Notes under the pieces: model-generated
What the model was told of the DNA's origin: nothing
What the model saw: only the letters and a program-made list of their open reading frames with translations
Databases searched by the model: none
Assembly (NCBI GenBank): GCA_947064765.1
Contig: CAMSWH010000002.1
Location: 4,976 to 68,975 of the forward strand
DNA length: 64,000 bases
Direction: 5' to 3'
Source: an uncultured Clostridium sp.
GTDB lineage: Bacteria > Bacillota > Clostridia > TANB77 > CAG-508
In this document: piece by piece, positions 37,645-49,355 of the stretch
Layout of the letters: each line of letters starts with the position of its first letter
Position numbering within the stretch: the first letter of the stretch is position 1
Translations under genes and position numbers: made by a program

Positions 37645-39117
37645 CTAAATTACATCTAAAGCAAATATTATTAAAGCATTATATACTGCTTGTAATAATA
37701 ATCCCCAGAATAGAATCATTCCTATACTGCTTATTATTACTCCAGACATAAATGTAAATATTATAGCAATTATGCAAACTGGTATAATTGTAAGATATAA
37801 TTCTTTCATAACTTTTCCAAATACAGCTTTTGTATTTGAAATATTTTTTAATCCATTTAACATTTTAATATCAAATACATAGTTTATTGCTACAACTGCT
37901 ATGAAAGCAATTAAACCATTTAAAGTTATAGTAACATTTGTGTATCTCATTACTAATGTTAATAATGCAATATATCCTATACTAATTATTGATAAACTTA
38001 ATCCTTTTAATTTATATTTTATTATTATAAATATTGAAACTAATGCTACTACTATAGCAAATGCTATTTCTGCAATAAATATCATATCAGCTGTTATAAC
38101 AGATTTAACATAATTATCTGAAGATAGTACATATGCAAGTGGCATTACATCTCCATTTACAACTTCTGCTATTCTTTGAACTCTATCTCTTGTATCATTA
38201 AAATCTTCTGCTTCTGTTACAACATCTCCCATTGGAATTTGTATCATTCCATTAGTTACTTCTTCCCCAAAATAAGTTGTAAGTAATTCTTGTCCATCTA
38301 ATTTAACTGATATATATTTTATTGTTTCTGTACCAGTTCCGTCTACTGTACTTATATATTCTTTACTAATATTTTTTAATTTTTCTGATCCTTCTTTATC
38401 AAATTGTAATTGTAAATAAAATTGATATCCAGTTTCAGATTGTGAATTTACAGTTTGAGCTTTTTTTACATGATTATTTTCAATTAAAATTAATCCTGTA
38501 TCATGATCAACAATTTCAATTTTTCCAATTGTAGAAATTAAAGATTTTTCAAGTTCAAGATTATCATCATCTGGTACTTCTACAACTAATTCACCTGTTA
38601 TTGTATCTATTCTAATATTGTATTCATATGAAGATAAAGCTTCTAATCTTTTTTGAATTACTTTTTTAGATTTTTCAAAATTATCAATATTTATATCTTC
38701 ATCTTTATTTGCCTTTATTGTTCTTGTTTCTATTTTATATCCATTAACTGTTTCATCTGTTTTCTGTTCAGTTTGATTTTCAACAGATTGTTCAGCTTGA
38801 TTTTCTGGATTTGTTTCTGTATTTTCTGCAGCTTGACCTTCTGTATTTTCTTCAGTTTCTTCATCATGATCATGTTCTTCAGCTACTTCTCCCATGATAT
38901 TTCCGTTTTCATCTACATAAACTTCTTTTTCTTCTTCTGTCTGATCTAATGAGAATCTTAATTCTCTAATACCATTTAATTCCATTCCATAATTAAAATC
39001 TGGCAATAGATTTTGCCATGTTCCTTGTTTTTTTACATACAAACCACCAAAAGCTACTACTGATACTAATACTACAATCAATAATACAGCTATTGTTCTA
39101 ACTTTTTTTAAATTCAT
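37645..39117 (-). CDS. SecD-like membrane protein, divergent
   Basis: TM1 is followed by NYGMELNGIRELRF (compare LGLDLxGG), a large loop and five C-terminal TM segments. Synteny is queA-tgt-...-secD-secF. Confidence 0.5.
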   Translation of the reverse strand: MNLKKVRTIAVLLIVVLVSVVAFGGLYVKKQGTWQNLLPDFNYGMELNGIRELRFSLDQTEEEKEVYVDENGNIMGEVAEEHDHDEETEENTEGQAAENTETNPENQAEQSVENQTEQKTDETVNGYKIETRTIKANKDEDINIDNFEKSKKVIQKRLEALSSYEYNIRIDTITGELVVEVPDDDNLELEKSLISTIGKIEIVDHDTGLILIENNHVKKAQTVNSQSETGYQFYLQLQFDKEGSEKLKNISKEYISTVDGTGTETIKYISVKLDGQELLTTYFGEEVTNGMIQIPMGDVVTEAEDFNDTRDRVQRIAEVVNGDVMPLAYVLSSDNYVKSVITADMIFIAEIAFAIVVALVSIFIIIKYKLKGLSLSIISIGYIALLTLVMRYTNVTITLNGLIAFIAVVAINYVFDIKMLNGLKNISNTKAVFGKVMKELYLTIIPVCIIAIIFTFMSGVIISSIGMILFWGLLLQAVYNALIIFALDVI

Positions 39118-39126
39118 AATTACCTC

Positions 39127-39786
39127 CTATAATAAGTTTGTATCATTTATAATTAATTCAAACCATAATCCTAAATATTTTGCTGCTCTTTTACTCATCT
39201 TAGTTCTATCCATAAATATTTCAAAATAATCTATTACTGGACAAATTTTTGTGTCTATCGTTAAATTTAAAATAGCTTTTCTCTCTTCCGTATCTATTTT
39301 TAATTCAGAATGTGTAACAGCATAATTTACTTCATCATGTTTATCAAATAGACTTCTGTCCTTTTTTGAAACTCTACTTCTATGTGCATCTGATTTATCA
39401 GCTAAGATTAGTGCTGCTGATATATCACTAACAGGCGTTCCTGTCATTTCATCATGATTTCCTATTGCCATCATTATTTCTGTTCTATCAGAAACATTCA
39501 TATCCATATCTTTTAGTATGTTATATGCTAGTATTGCTCCTGTGTGTGCATGATCAACTCTATTTACTGAATTACCTATATCATGCATATATCCTGCTAT
39601 TCTTGCAAGTTCTATTCTGTGCTCGTCATAACCTAAAGTACGTAGAATCTCTGATGCTCTTTCTGCAACTAACGATACATGTCTTGCTGAATGTTCTGTA
39701 TAGCCTAATACATCTAATTGTTTTTGTGCATTTTTTATAAGTTCTCTTACTTCAATGTTATTTACTACATCATCATATGTTACCAT
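39127..39786 (-). CDS. HD-domain phosphohydrolase
   Basis: HSARHV, MHDIGN and GNHD motifs. The gene ends 9 nt before the SecD-like start. Confidence 0.8.
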   Translation of the reverse strand: MVTYDDVVNNIEVRELIKNAQKQLDVLGYTEHSARHVSLVAERASEILRTLGYDEHRIELARIAGYMHDIGNSVNRVDHAHTGAILAYNILKDMDMNVSDRTEIMMAIGNHDEMTGTPVSDISAALILADKSDAHRSRVSKKDRSLFDKHDEVNYAVTHSELKIDTEERKAILNLTIDTKICPVIDYFEIFMDRTKMSKRAAKYLGLWFELIINDTNLL

Positions 39787-39895
39787 TTCTCCTCCTTTGT
39801 AATTGTTTTATGTAAATAAATTTAATTTTATAATATTTCCTTGTAAATTGTATATTAAATTGAAAAAAATAGCAACATATTTTTTGATAATTATT

Positions 39896-40246
39896 TTAAA
39901 AATTTACTCCTATAATTCCGCCTACTGCTCCTCCTAATATTCCCAAAATTATCATTATTATTGAATTTATTTCTAAAGAAAACTCAAAATTTATTAAACT
40001 AGATACTATATATAAAATTAGCATATATATTAATCCTAATAAACTTCCATATATTATTCCTTTTTCTTTCTTTTCTCTTGATACTCTAAATGCTCCTATC
40101 ATTAATGAAAATGTAGTAATTGCTATTGTTATTGGAGTAATTAAATTCTCACTTACACTAGTAGTACTTATTACAACTGATAAAATAAATATAAATATTA
40201 GTGATAATAAAACAGAAACTATAAGTTCTTTAATAATTTTTTTCAT
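39896..40246 (-). CDS. Small 4-TM membrane protein (TIGR04086/YrzE-like)
   Basis: 116 aa with a glycine-rich C-terminal TM segment (GILGGAVGGIIG). This is the usual position between tgt/yajC and secD in Clostridia. Confidence 0.5.
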   Translation of the reverse strand: MKKIIKELIVSVLLSLIFIFILSVVISTTSVSENLITPITIAITTFSLMIGAFRVSREKKEKGIIYGSLLGLIYMLILYIVSSLINFEFSLEINSIIMIILGILGGAVGGIIGVNF

Positions 40247-40551
40247 AAAAAATCTCCCTCATATACAAAATTAGTAATCTTCTTTAATTTAATAATGCTA
40301 TAACATTTTTCATATTGTATAAATCTTAGTGAATTCTTTATTTAATATAAACTGCAAAGCACTTTAATATTAATTGTGTATCAAATAATATTTAACGTAT
40401 TATACATTTTTAAAACAAAAAAGATTTCTATAAATTATATTTATAGAAATCTTTTTTTATTCTTACTTTATATATAATTCTATTTTGTACATAAGATTTT
40501 CTTGAAAATCCTATATGCTAATTTTCTAGTATCAGTATTTATTTTTATAGC

Positions 40552-42096
40552 TTAATTTAATTCTATTATGTTTCCATCATTTACAGTATTTGAATTAGTT
40601 GAATCTGAAGATGTATTTGTACTGCTGTTTTGTCCATCATTATTATTTTTTCTTTCTGATAATAATGTTCCGTTTTCATCTACATTATTAAGTTTTGCAT
40701 CAACCAACAATTGTTCTAACTCAATTCTCTCACCATTAAATTCTACATAGTATGTAGTTTTTCCTGATCTTGTAATAGAATATATTTTTGAATAAGAACA
40801 TGGTAATATAAGTTCTTCTGTATTAACATCAAAAATTCCATATAAGTCATTTAAATTTACAACTATACCACAAATTCCAACAGATGGTGGTATTAAAAGT
40901 GTACTTTCCTCATTTCCAGAAGATTTACTTTCAGTAGATATATATCCTAGTCCATCATAATTAAGTCTTAACTTTAATTCTCCTTCTAAATTATATAATC
41001 CATATTTTCCACTTTTTTGAACAGGTATAACTTTTTCATATAATACATATGGATTTTCTACTTTTTCCGAAGTAAATTCACTAACATCATATCCTACTTC
41101 ATCATTTTCAGCATATATAATAACTTTTCCATTTCTATTTAAGACTCCATATTCTTCGCCTTTTTTTACTAAGTAAAGTTCTTTTTCTTCATCCATTAAA
41201 GATATTTCTTCAAATTCAGAAGGACTTATAATTGTACTTCCATCTGAGCCTAAAATTCCTACTGTTCCATTAGCTACTGTAATATAAAATTCTTTTGCAT
41301 TTTGAATAAATTTTATATCATCATATTTCATACTTATTATTTCTTTTCCATCTGATAATGAAATTACACCATATGCTGTACTTTGATTTTCTTTTCCATC
41401 TCCATTTCCTACTATAGCATATCCATATAATATAGCCCTTAAGTTTTCATAATAACCACTTATTTCGCCATATCCCATTTTAACAATTCTTTTTTTAGCT
41501 TCACTTAGTATATTTTCTAAACTATAAACTCTTTTTCTAAATTCTTTCCATTCAATTTGTACATTAAACATTTCTGGTACATACTCAAGTGGAGCATATA
41601 AATTTCCATCTACAAATTTTACTTTTTTTTCTATTTTAAAAACTTCAGAATATCCATTTTCTGATTTCAATGTAACTGGGATTTCTGATATCATTAAATC
41701 TTTTCCAATTATTTCAACATATTTTGAATAGCTATCGCTTTCAGCTGTTACAGCTAATATTTCAAAATCATTTTGCATATATGCACTATCTTCATTCTCG
41801 TTATATTCTCCATATATACCTTTTGTATAATTATAATTAAGTATTGATGCCATATTTCTCAAATTAATATAAGTTTCTCCATCTATCTCTCTATAAAAAT
41901 CTTGTGGTATTGCTACTTGTTTACCATCTACAAATAATTTTTCTGTTATCGAATCTTGATATCTTAAAATCATTATTATAATAAATAACAATGCTATTAA
42001 GAATGCACATAATACTATTGATAGCATTACACTTCTTCTATTCCTAGTATTTTTTTCAATCTGATCTTTGTAAGAATCGCTTTCTTCCAAATTCAT
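40552..42096 (-). CDS. Signal-anchored WG-repeat protein with an S/T/N-rich tail
   Basis: Start set at ATG 42096 (GGAGGAAAG upstream); the track start is a TTG without an RBS. Repeats include KYGLYNLEGELKLRLNYDGLGY and EYGVLNRNGKVIIYAENDEVGY. Confidence 0.6.
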   Translation of the reverse strand: MNLEESDSYKDQIEKNTRNRRSVMLSIVLCAFLIALLFIIIMILRYQDSITEKLFVDGKQVAIPQDFYREIDGETYINLRNMASILNYNYTKGIYGEYNENEDSAYMQNDFEILAVTAESDSYSKYVEIIGKDLMISEIPVTLKSENGYSEVFKIEKKVKFVDGNLYAPLEYVPEMFNVQIEWKEFRKRVYSLENILSEAKKRIVKMGYGEISGYYENLRAILYGYAIVGNGDGKENQSTAYGVISLSDGKEIISMKYDDIKFIQNAKEFYITVANGTVGILGSDGSTIISPSEFEEISLMDEEKELYLVKKGEEYGVLNRNGKVIIYAENDEVGYDVSEFTSEKVENPYVLYEKVIPVQKSGKYGLYNLEGELKLRLNYDGLGYISTESKSSGNEESTLLIPPSVGICGIVVNLNDLYGIFDVNTEELILPCSYSKIYSITRSGKTTYYVEFNGERIELEQLLVDAKLNNVDENGTLLSERKNNNDGQNSSTNTSSDSTNSNTVNDGNIIELN

Positions 42097-42146
42097 AATT
42101 CTTTCCTCCCATACTTGCTTCGTTTGTAACTTACGCTTCAACGAAA

Positions 42147-43307
<1,161 letters not shown>

Positions 43308-43333
43308 CTATCATTATCTAAAATCTTGCTTCA

Positions 43334-44359
43334 TTATAATATAATCATTGCATCTCCAAAACTAAAAAATTTATATCTTTCTTTTACAGCCTCATTATAA
43401 GCTTCCATAATAAAATCTTTTCCTGCTAAACTTGAAACTAACATAATTAAAGTTGATTCAGGTAAATGAAAATTAGTAATTAAACTATCTATACATTTAA
43501 ATTTATATCCTGGATATATAAAAATACTTGTATCTCCTTCTATTTCCCTTACTCTTCCATTTTCATCTGCTACTGACTCTAGCACTCTACAAGAAGTTGT
43601 CCCAACTGCTATAATTTTTTTTCCATTTTGTTTTGCTAAATTTATTTTTTCAGCATCTTCCTTTTTTATATAATAATGTTCTGAGTGCATTTCATGTTCT
43701 TCAACATTTTCTACTTTAACAGGTCTAAAAGTTCCTATTCCAACATGTAATGTTACATTTGCAACTTCAACACCTTTTGCTTTTATCTTTTCTAAAAGTT
43801 CTTCTGTAAAATGAAGTCCTGCTGTAGGAGCTGCTGCTGATCCATCATATTTTGCATAAACAGTTTGATATTTCTCATTATCTTCTCTACATGCTTCTGT
43901 AATATATGGTGGCAATGGCATCATCCCAATTTGATCTAATATTTCGTTAAAAATTCCATTATATTCAAATTCTACTTTTCTATTTCCGCCTTCTAAAACC
44001 TCTAAAACTGTTGCTTTTAAAAGTTTATCTCCAAAATAGACTATTGTACCTGGCTTTAGTTTATTACCTGGTCTAACCATAGCCTCCCAAGTATCTCCTT
44101 CTATTCTTTTTAAAAGCAAAAACTCAACATTTGCTCCAGTATCTTTTTTTCCATATAATCTAGCTGGTATAACTTTTGTATTATTTATTACTAAGCAATC
44201 TCCTGGATTTAAAAAATCTATAATATCTTTAAAAGTTTTATTTTCTATTTTCTTATTTTCTTTATCTAGTACCATAAGTCTAGCTTCATCTCTTTTATCA
44301 TAAGGATGTTGAGCAATTAATTCCTTTGGAAGTTCATAATTAAAATCAGATACTTTCAT
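43334..44359 (-). CDS. queA: S-adenosylmethionine:tRNA ribosyltransferase-isomerase
   Basis: [11 protein letters not shown] start (AGGA upstream) and the motif PTAGLHFT. Confidence 0.95.
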   Translation of the reverse strand: MKVSDFNYELPKELIAQHPYDKRDEARLMVLDKENKKIENKTFKDIIDFLNPGDCLVINNTKVIPARLYGKKDTGANVEFLLLKRIEGDTWEAMVRPGNKLKPGTIVYFGDKLLKATVLEVLEGGNRKVEFEYNGIFNEILDQIGMMPLPPYITEACREDNEKYQTVYAKYDGSAAAPTAGLHFTEELLEKIKAKGVEVANVTLHVGIGTFRPVKVENVEEHEMHSEHYYIKKEDAEKINLAKQNGKKIIAVGTTSCRVLESVADENGRVREIEGDTSIFIYPGYKFKCIDSLITNFHLPESTLIMLVSSLAGKDFIMEAYNEAVKERYKFFSFGDAMIIL

Positions 44360-44511
44360 TTTTTTTCCTTTCATAATTTAATATTATAATTATTTTTTAG
44401 AATATGCATTTTTTATTCATAGATTATTTGCTAGTAATCTTTGCTTTGTAATTCTTCTGAAGCTACAAATCATCTATTCATCTAAATATATATATTCTAA
44501 ATTTATTAATT

Positions 44512-45102
44512 TTAAAATTTTTTTAATAACTTTTCTATTTCCAATTTTAAATTGCAATTTCTACTATTATTTATTACAAAATCTGCTTTTTCCGTGTAAT
44601 AAGAATCTTCATGTTGTATATTAAGTCTACTTTTTGCCACTTTTTCATCTATATTATCTCTTTGACATATTCTTTCAATTTTTAATTCTTTGTCTGCTAT
44701 TAATGCTATTACATAATTACAATATTTTTCAAGTCCTGATTCAAAAAGCAATGGTGCATCAATAATTATTATTTCTGTTTCTTTTAATTCTTTTATTTTT
44801 TTTATTTGATTTAAAATCTCTTCTAAAACATATTTAAAAGTTAATTTATTTAATTTTTCAAGAGCTTCATTATTATTATAAATTTTATCCGCTAATAATT
44901 TTCTATTCAAATTGCCATCTTCTAAAATTACTTCTTGTCCAAAAGTTTCTTTTATTTTTTCTAGATATTCACATCCTGGAACACTCATTTCTCTTACAAC
45001 TTTATCAGCATCAATTATTTTTACATCATTTCTTTCACTTAATATTTTGCTTAATGTTGTTTTCCCTGCTCCAGAGGATCCTGTTATCCCTATAATATTC
45101 AA
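44512..45102 (-). CDS. coaE: Dephospho-CoA kinase
   Basis: P-loop GITGSSGAGKTT; 196 aa. Confidence 0.9.
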   Translation of the reverse strand: MNIIGITGSSGAGKTTLSKILSERNDVKIIDADKVVREMSVPGCEYLEKIKETFGQEVILEDGNLNRKLLADKIYNNNEALEKLNKLTFKYVLEEILNQIKKIKELKETEIIIIDAPLLFESGLEKYCNYVIALIADKELKIERICQRDNIDEKVAKSRLNIQHEDSYYTEKADFVINNSRNCNLKLEIEKLLKKF

Positions 45103-45121
45103 AATAATATATCCTCCAAAT

Positions 45122-45556
45122 CTATAATGTTTTTATAGCACTTGTGGCTAAAAAATCGCATCTATTATTATATTCGTTATCACTATGTCCTTTTACTTTT
45201 ATAAATTCAACCTTATGTCTACTTGTTAATTCATATAATTCTTCCCAAAGCTCTCTATTTTTTACTGGTTCTTTATTTGCAGTTTTCCAATTGTTTTTTT
45301 GCCAGTTATTAATCCAACCTTGATTAAATGCATTTACAACATACGCACTATCACTATATACTTTAACATTACATTCTTCTTTTAATAATTTTAAAGCTTC
45401 TAAAACAGCTGTTATTTCCATTATATTATTTGTTGTATCTTTTTGAGCACCTGATATTTCTTTTGAATTCTCATTATACATCAAAATTGCTCCCCAACCT
45501 CCAGGTCCAGGATTTCCAGAACAAGCGCCATCTGTATAAATTGTAACTTCTTTCAT
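45122..45556 (-). CDS. rnhA: Ribonuclease HI
   Basis: [31 protein letters not shown]. Confidence 0.9.
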   Translation of the reverse strand: MKEVTIYTDGACSGNPGPGGWGAILMYNENSKEISGAQKDTTNNIMEITAVLEALKLLKEECNVKVYSDSAYVVNAFNQGWINNWQKNNWKTANKEPVKNRELWEELYELTSRHKVEFIKVKGHSDNEYNNRCDFLATSAIKTL

Positions 45557-45587
45557 AATTTCCCTTTTCTTTTTATTTAGATATAGT

Positions 45588-45677
45588 AGACATGAAGACG
45601 TAGGTTTTAGACATGTATATTCTATCTAAATTTGTTTTTTTCAAAAATATATGATATATTATAGCAATAAATTTAGA
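45588..45677. repeat. Degenerate relative of the 22737-22870 element
   Basis: agacatgaagacgt matches the first 14 nt of the box at 12/14. A second tagacatg follows. The inner inverted repeat tctaaattt (45625-45633) / aaatttaga (45669-45677) is present. Confidence 0.35.
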
Positions 45678-45708
45678 ATATTACAATAAGATAAGGTGGT
45701 AATTTATT

Positions 45709-46934
45709 TTGAGTGGAATTTTAGGTATTGTTTCTGAATATAATCCTTTTCACAATGGACATTTACATCATTTAGAAATCTCAAAAAAAATAAGTAATTG
45801 TGATTACTCTATTGCTGTTATGAGTGGTAATTTTGTTCAGCGTCGGAGATACTTCTTTAGTTGATAAATGGATAAAAACAGAAATGGCTTTAAAATCTGG
45901 TATCGATTTAGTTATAGAACTTCCGACAGTTTATGCTATTTCCAGTGCAGAAAATTTTGCGGATCGGAGCTGTTAAAATATTAAATAGTTTAGGTGTTAT
46001 TGACTATATTTCTTTTGGTAGTGAACTTGGAGAAATTGAATCTTTAGATGAAATAGCTAATATTTTATATAAAGAGCCTAAAGAATTTTCTAATTTAATA
46101 ACTAAAGAATTAAAATCTGGAAATTCATACCCTAAGGCTAGAGAAATTGCTTTAAATAGATTTTTAGTAAACTCAAAGTATTCTGAAATTTTAAATAATC
46201 CTAACAATATTTTAGGTATCGAATATTTAAAATCATTAAAAAATCATAAAAGTAAAATAAAACCAATTACTATAAAACGTGATTATAGTGATTATAATAG
46301 CAAACTTGTAAAAAAAGGATTTGCAAGTGCTACTGCTATTAGAACTATGATTCAAGATAAAAAAAATGTTCACTATGTTGTTCCTTACGAAAGTTATGAA
46401 CTATTAGATGAATGTATTAAAAATAATAAAATAATTTCTGATTTGTCGGTTTTTGAAAAGGAAATAATATACACTCTTAGAAAGATGTCTATTTCTGAAA
46501 TTGCAAATTTACCTGATGTTTCTGAGGGTCTAGAAAATAAAATAAAATCAGCTGTTAATAAATGTAATACATTAAAAGAATTAATTTCAAATGTAAAATC
46601 TAAAAGATATACTCAAAGTAGAATTCAAAGAATTCTATTATATGCACTTCTTAATATCTCTCAAAAGGATATAAATTCTTCAAAAAGAATTAATCCTTAT
46701 ATTAGAGTTTTAGGTTTTAATAAAAATGGAAAACATATTATTTCTGAAATTGCAACTAAAAACCCTAAAATTAATATTATCGTTTCTGTTAATAAATTTA
46801 TTCAGAATTCAAATAGTATAGCACTTAAAAATATGCTTTCAAAAGATATATTTGCTACTAATGTTTATACTCTTGGATATAAAAATGATTCTATTGCCAA
46901 TTTAGATTATACTCATAAAATTATTGAAATATAA
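45709..46934 (+). pseudogene. tmcAL: tRNA(Met) cytidine acetate ligase (TmcAL/YlbM family) interrupted by two +1 frameshifts
   Basis: TTG start follows AAGGTGG, and the N-terminus reads [16 protein letters not shown]...MSGNFVQR. Frame 1 stops at 45862-45864. Omitting C45844 restores GDTSLVDKW...AENFAD. Frame 2 stops at 45974-45976. Omitting C45965 joins to [14 protein letters not shown]... (track ORF 45933-46934). Confidence 0.75.
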
Positions 46935-46963
46935 AAATTATAAGCAATAACTTTTATTAAAAA

Positions 46964-47010
46964 AATAAGAATATTTGCAAATATTTTTGTTTTTCGCAAA
47001 TATTCTTATT
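46964..47010. terminator. Hairpin between the convergent tmcAL and spoIIP genes
   Basis: 15-nt perfect arms aataagaatatttgc / gcaaatattcttatt with a 17-nt loop and T runs. Confidence 0.5.
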
Positions 47011-47095
47011 TTTGTTCTATGTGTAAATTTATATAGTAAATTTACATGTAATTTTATTAAAAAGTTTATAATTCTCTCATGTAACTAATAATAAC

Positions 47096-48292
47096 TTATT
47101 TCATAACTTCTTCAATTACTCTTGATAAATATTTCATACTTCCATTACATTGTTCTAAAGTATTTCCTGTAGCTCCTACCTCAATAATACATGCTCCACT
47201 TGTTACATGTTGATTATATCTTGAATTTCTAAGAATTATAGGTTTAAAAAGTCCTGGATACATCTGGTTTGCTTTTTCTTGAATTTTAACTGCTAATTTA
47301 AAATTATTTAACCAATTAGGATGTTCTAATCCTCCTCCATCAGTTCCAATCACAAACATAAGCTGTGCTACTACTTCGTCTCCTATTTGTACTGTTGGAC
47401 CATAAGTGCTGCTACTTCCTAATGCATCTCTATGTAAATCTATTACAAATTGTGAATCTTTATTATTTTGCAAAATTCCATTTATTGTAGCAAGTGACCT
47501 TGTATATGATCCTGTATATGCAGGATAATCATGATATGTTGTATCATGATTTACATTAAATCCCATATTAATTAATCTATTTGTAAGTTCAGTTCCTACT
47601 CTTGCTACACTATAATTTAAATCTGTGGTCCTAAAATTTCCACTTGATACATAATTATTAGCCTCTGTTGGAGTATAACTTTCACAAGTATGTGTATGGT
47701 ATATTATAATGTCTTTTTTATTCGCAAAATCAACATTTGGTATAAGCATTTCTTCTGTCAAATTATAACTAGATTCATTTTTTACCTTGACACCATTATG
47801 CTCATTTGTAAATTTATCTGTTTTATTATTGCTTGAAATAACATTTGTAGGTAAACTAAAAGGGATTTCTTCTTCAGAATATTGATTACTAATTTTTTCA
47901 TTATTTGTATTATTTTCTGTTACTGAAACTTGCATATTACTCTCATTATTTTTTAAATCTTCAAACTCCGTTGCTTCTTCTTGATTTTCAAGTTCCATTA
48001 ATTTTTCTTCACTTGAAAATATTGCAAGTTCAGAAACTAAAAGCTTTTTTAGACCGTTTTCTGATTTTTCATAATTATTTCCCAAATAATTTGAAATCAA
48101 AACTGTTTTATCAATAATCTTATCAAAACTAATAATTTGTAAATCAAAAATTTTTTCAAATGATATTTCATTTTTATTCTCTATTAAATCTGAACCGAAT
48201 TTAAAAATTACTAATAATGTAATAGCAATAATAAAAATTATTTTTAAGATTTTTATTATATCCTTAATATTTATAACAGCCAAATTAATCAT
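47096..48292 (-). CDS. spoIIP: Stage II sporulation protein P
   Basis: IIIYHTHTCESY and VIDLHRDA motifs. Start set at ATG 48292 (GGAG 9 nt upstream). Confidence 0.85.
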   Translation of the reverse strand: MINLAVINIKDIIKILKIIFIIAITLLVIFKFGSDLIENKNEISFEKIFDLQIISFDKIIDKTVLISNYLGNNYEKSENGLKKLLVSELAIFSSEEKLMELENQEEATEFEDLKNNESNMQVSVTENNTNNEKISNQYSEEEIPFSLPTNVISSNNKTDKFTNEHNGVKVKNESSYNLTEEMLIPNVDFANKKDIIIYHTHTCESYTPTEANNYVSSGNFRTTDLNYSVARVGTELTNRLINMGFNVNHDTTYHDYPAYTGSYTRSLATINGILQNNKDSQFVIDLHRDALGSSSTYGPTVQIGDEVVAQLMFVIGTDGGGLEHPNWLNNFKLAVKIQEKANQMYPGLFKPIILRNSRYNQHVTSGACIIEVGATGNTLEQCNGSMKYLSRVIEEVMK

Positions 48293-48514
48293 ATTATTCC
48301 ACTCCAATAATCCAATTATATTAGATTATTTACTAGAATATTCCTAGTGAATTATAAATACTTTATTTAATAGTTTTATATATTCTCTAAAAATTTTACT
48401 TATATTAAAATAATTCTTATCAAACCTATATAATATTTTCTTAATTATACTAAATCAACTCTTTATTAAATTTAATAATATACTTTTGATTATAGTAAAG
48501 CATCTTCAATTAAA

Positions 48515-48543
48515 TTGACATAATATTCTCAAAATGCTATAAT
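48515..48543 (+). promoter_or_regulatory. Consensus sigma-A-type promoter for the 48575-49201 gene
   Basis: TTGACA (48515-48520), a 17-nt spacer and TATAAT (48538-48543). AAGGAGG lies 8 nt before the ATG. Confidence 0.6.
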
Positions 48544-48574
48544 TAATCTATCACATCAAGGAGGTATTCATTTT

Positions 48575-49201
48575 ATGTACGACCCTAGTACTACAAATCC
48601 TTATATTAAGGAATTATCTAAAGCTACACGGGAAGAAAACGCATTAGTTCCACAAAAACGTTCAAATCCCGATTTAAAAGTAACATCACAGCAAAACTAT
48701 ACATCTCGGAAATATGTAGACGGTAATGGTTTTAAGGTTATCGAATATAACGGTATAGAATATTCAATGATTTTGAAATATAAGCCTGACTATGTGGAGT
48801 ACACTTATAATTGCAAAATCATTTATAATGGACCCTGTGATGCAACTTTTTTTACTGCTGGCCTTATCGATTCCAATGGATTTCTGGATTTTGATAAATC
48901 TATGAAAGAATTAGATGATCAACTTGCAGAATGGGATCAAAGATTTAATGCTTGGGAGAAGAATTTTGAACTGTCTAACGCAGATGTTGCAGAACTCATG
49001 CGCTCCCTAAACACCAGTTCTAAATATCGGGCACCACACTACACAATCAATATCAAAGAAAAAAAATGTTCTACTGGTTGTTGCCTTTGTGGTTGCCTTA
49101 TATACTTACTTATTTTAGTAGCTTTCTTGTACGGAGCAGGGTGGCTTATTGGTCAGGCATTTGATGGCATTGCTTATATCATCAGAATATTCCTTGGCTA
49201 A
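48575..49201 (+). CDS. Tail-anchored hypothetical protein with a Cys-rich juxtamembrane segment, in a patch of higher GC
   Basis: Strong RBS. The C-terminus reads KKCSTGCCLCGCLIYLLILVAFLYGAGWLIG. Hand-counted G+C is 33-38% in two lines. The gene uses CGG, CCC, GGC and ACG codons, which look uncommon in the neighbouring genes. Confidence 0.6.
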   Translation: MYDPSTTNPYIKELSKATREENALVPQKRSNPDLKVTSQQNYTSRKYVDGNGFKVIEYNGIEYSMILKYKPDYVEYTYNCKIIYNGPCDATFFTAGLIDSNGFLDFDKSMKELDDQLAEWDQRFNAWEKNFELSNADVAELMRSLNTSSKYRAPHYTINIKEKKCSTGCCLCGCLIYLLILVAFLYGAGWLIGQAFDGIAYIIRIFLG

Positions 49202-49242
49202 TCAAATTCATCCTTGGCATTTTGTAATTAAAAAAGCCGAAA

Positions 49243-49288
49243 AAAGCACTAGCGAAACTCCTGTAAAAAGGATTGTCGCTGGTGCTTT
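49243..49288. terminator. GC-rich hairpin between the convergent orphan gene and hisS
   Basis: aaagcactagcga / tcgctggtgcttt with one mismatch. The T-rich run ttttttcggctttttt lies on the minus strand. Confidence 0.6.
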
Positions 49289-49355
49289 AAATTTATCTAT
49301 AGCTTTTATAAAATATTCTATATTTACTCTTTTTTTTAATTATATACTTACTTTC

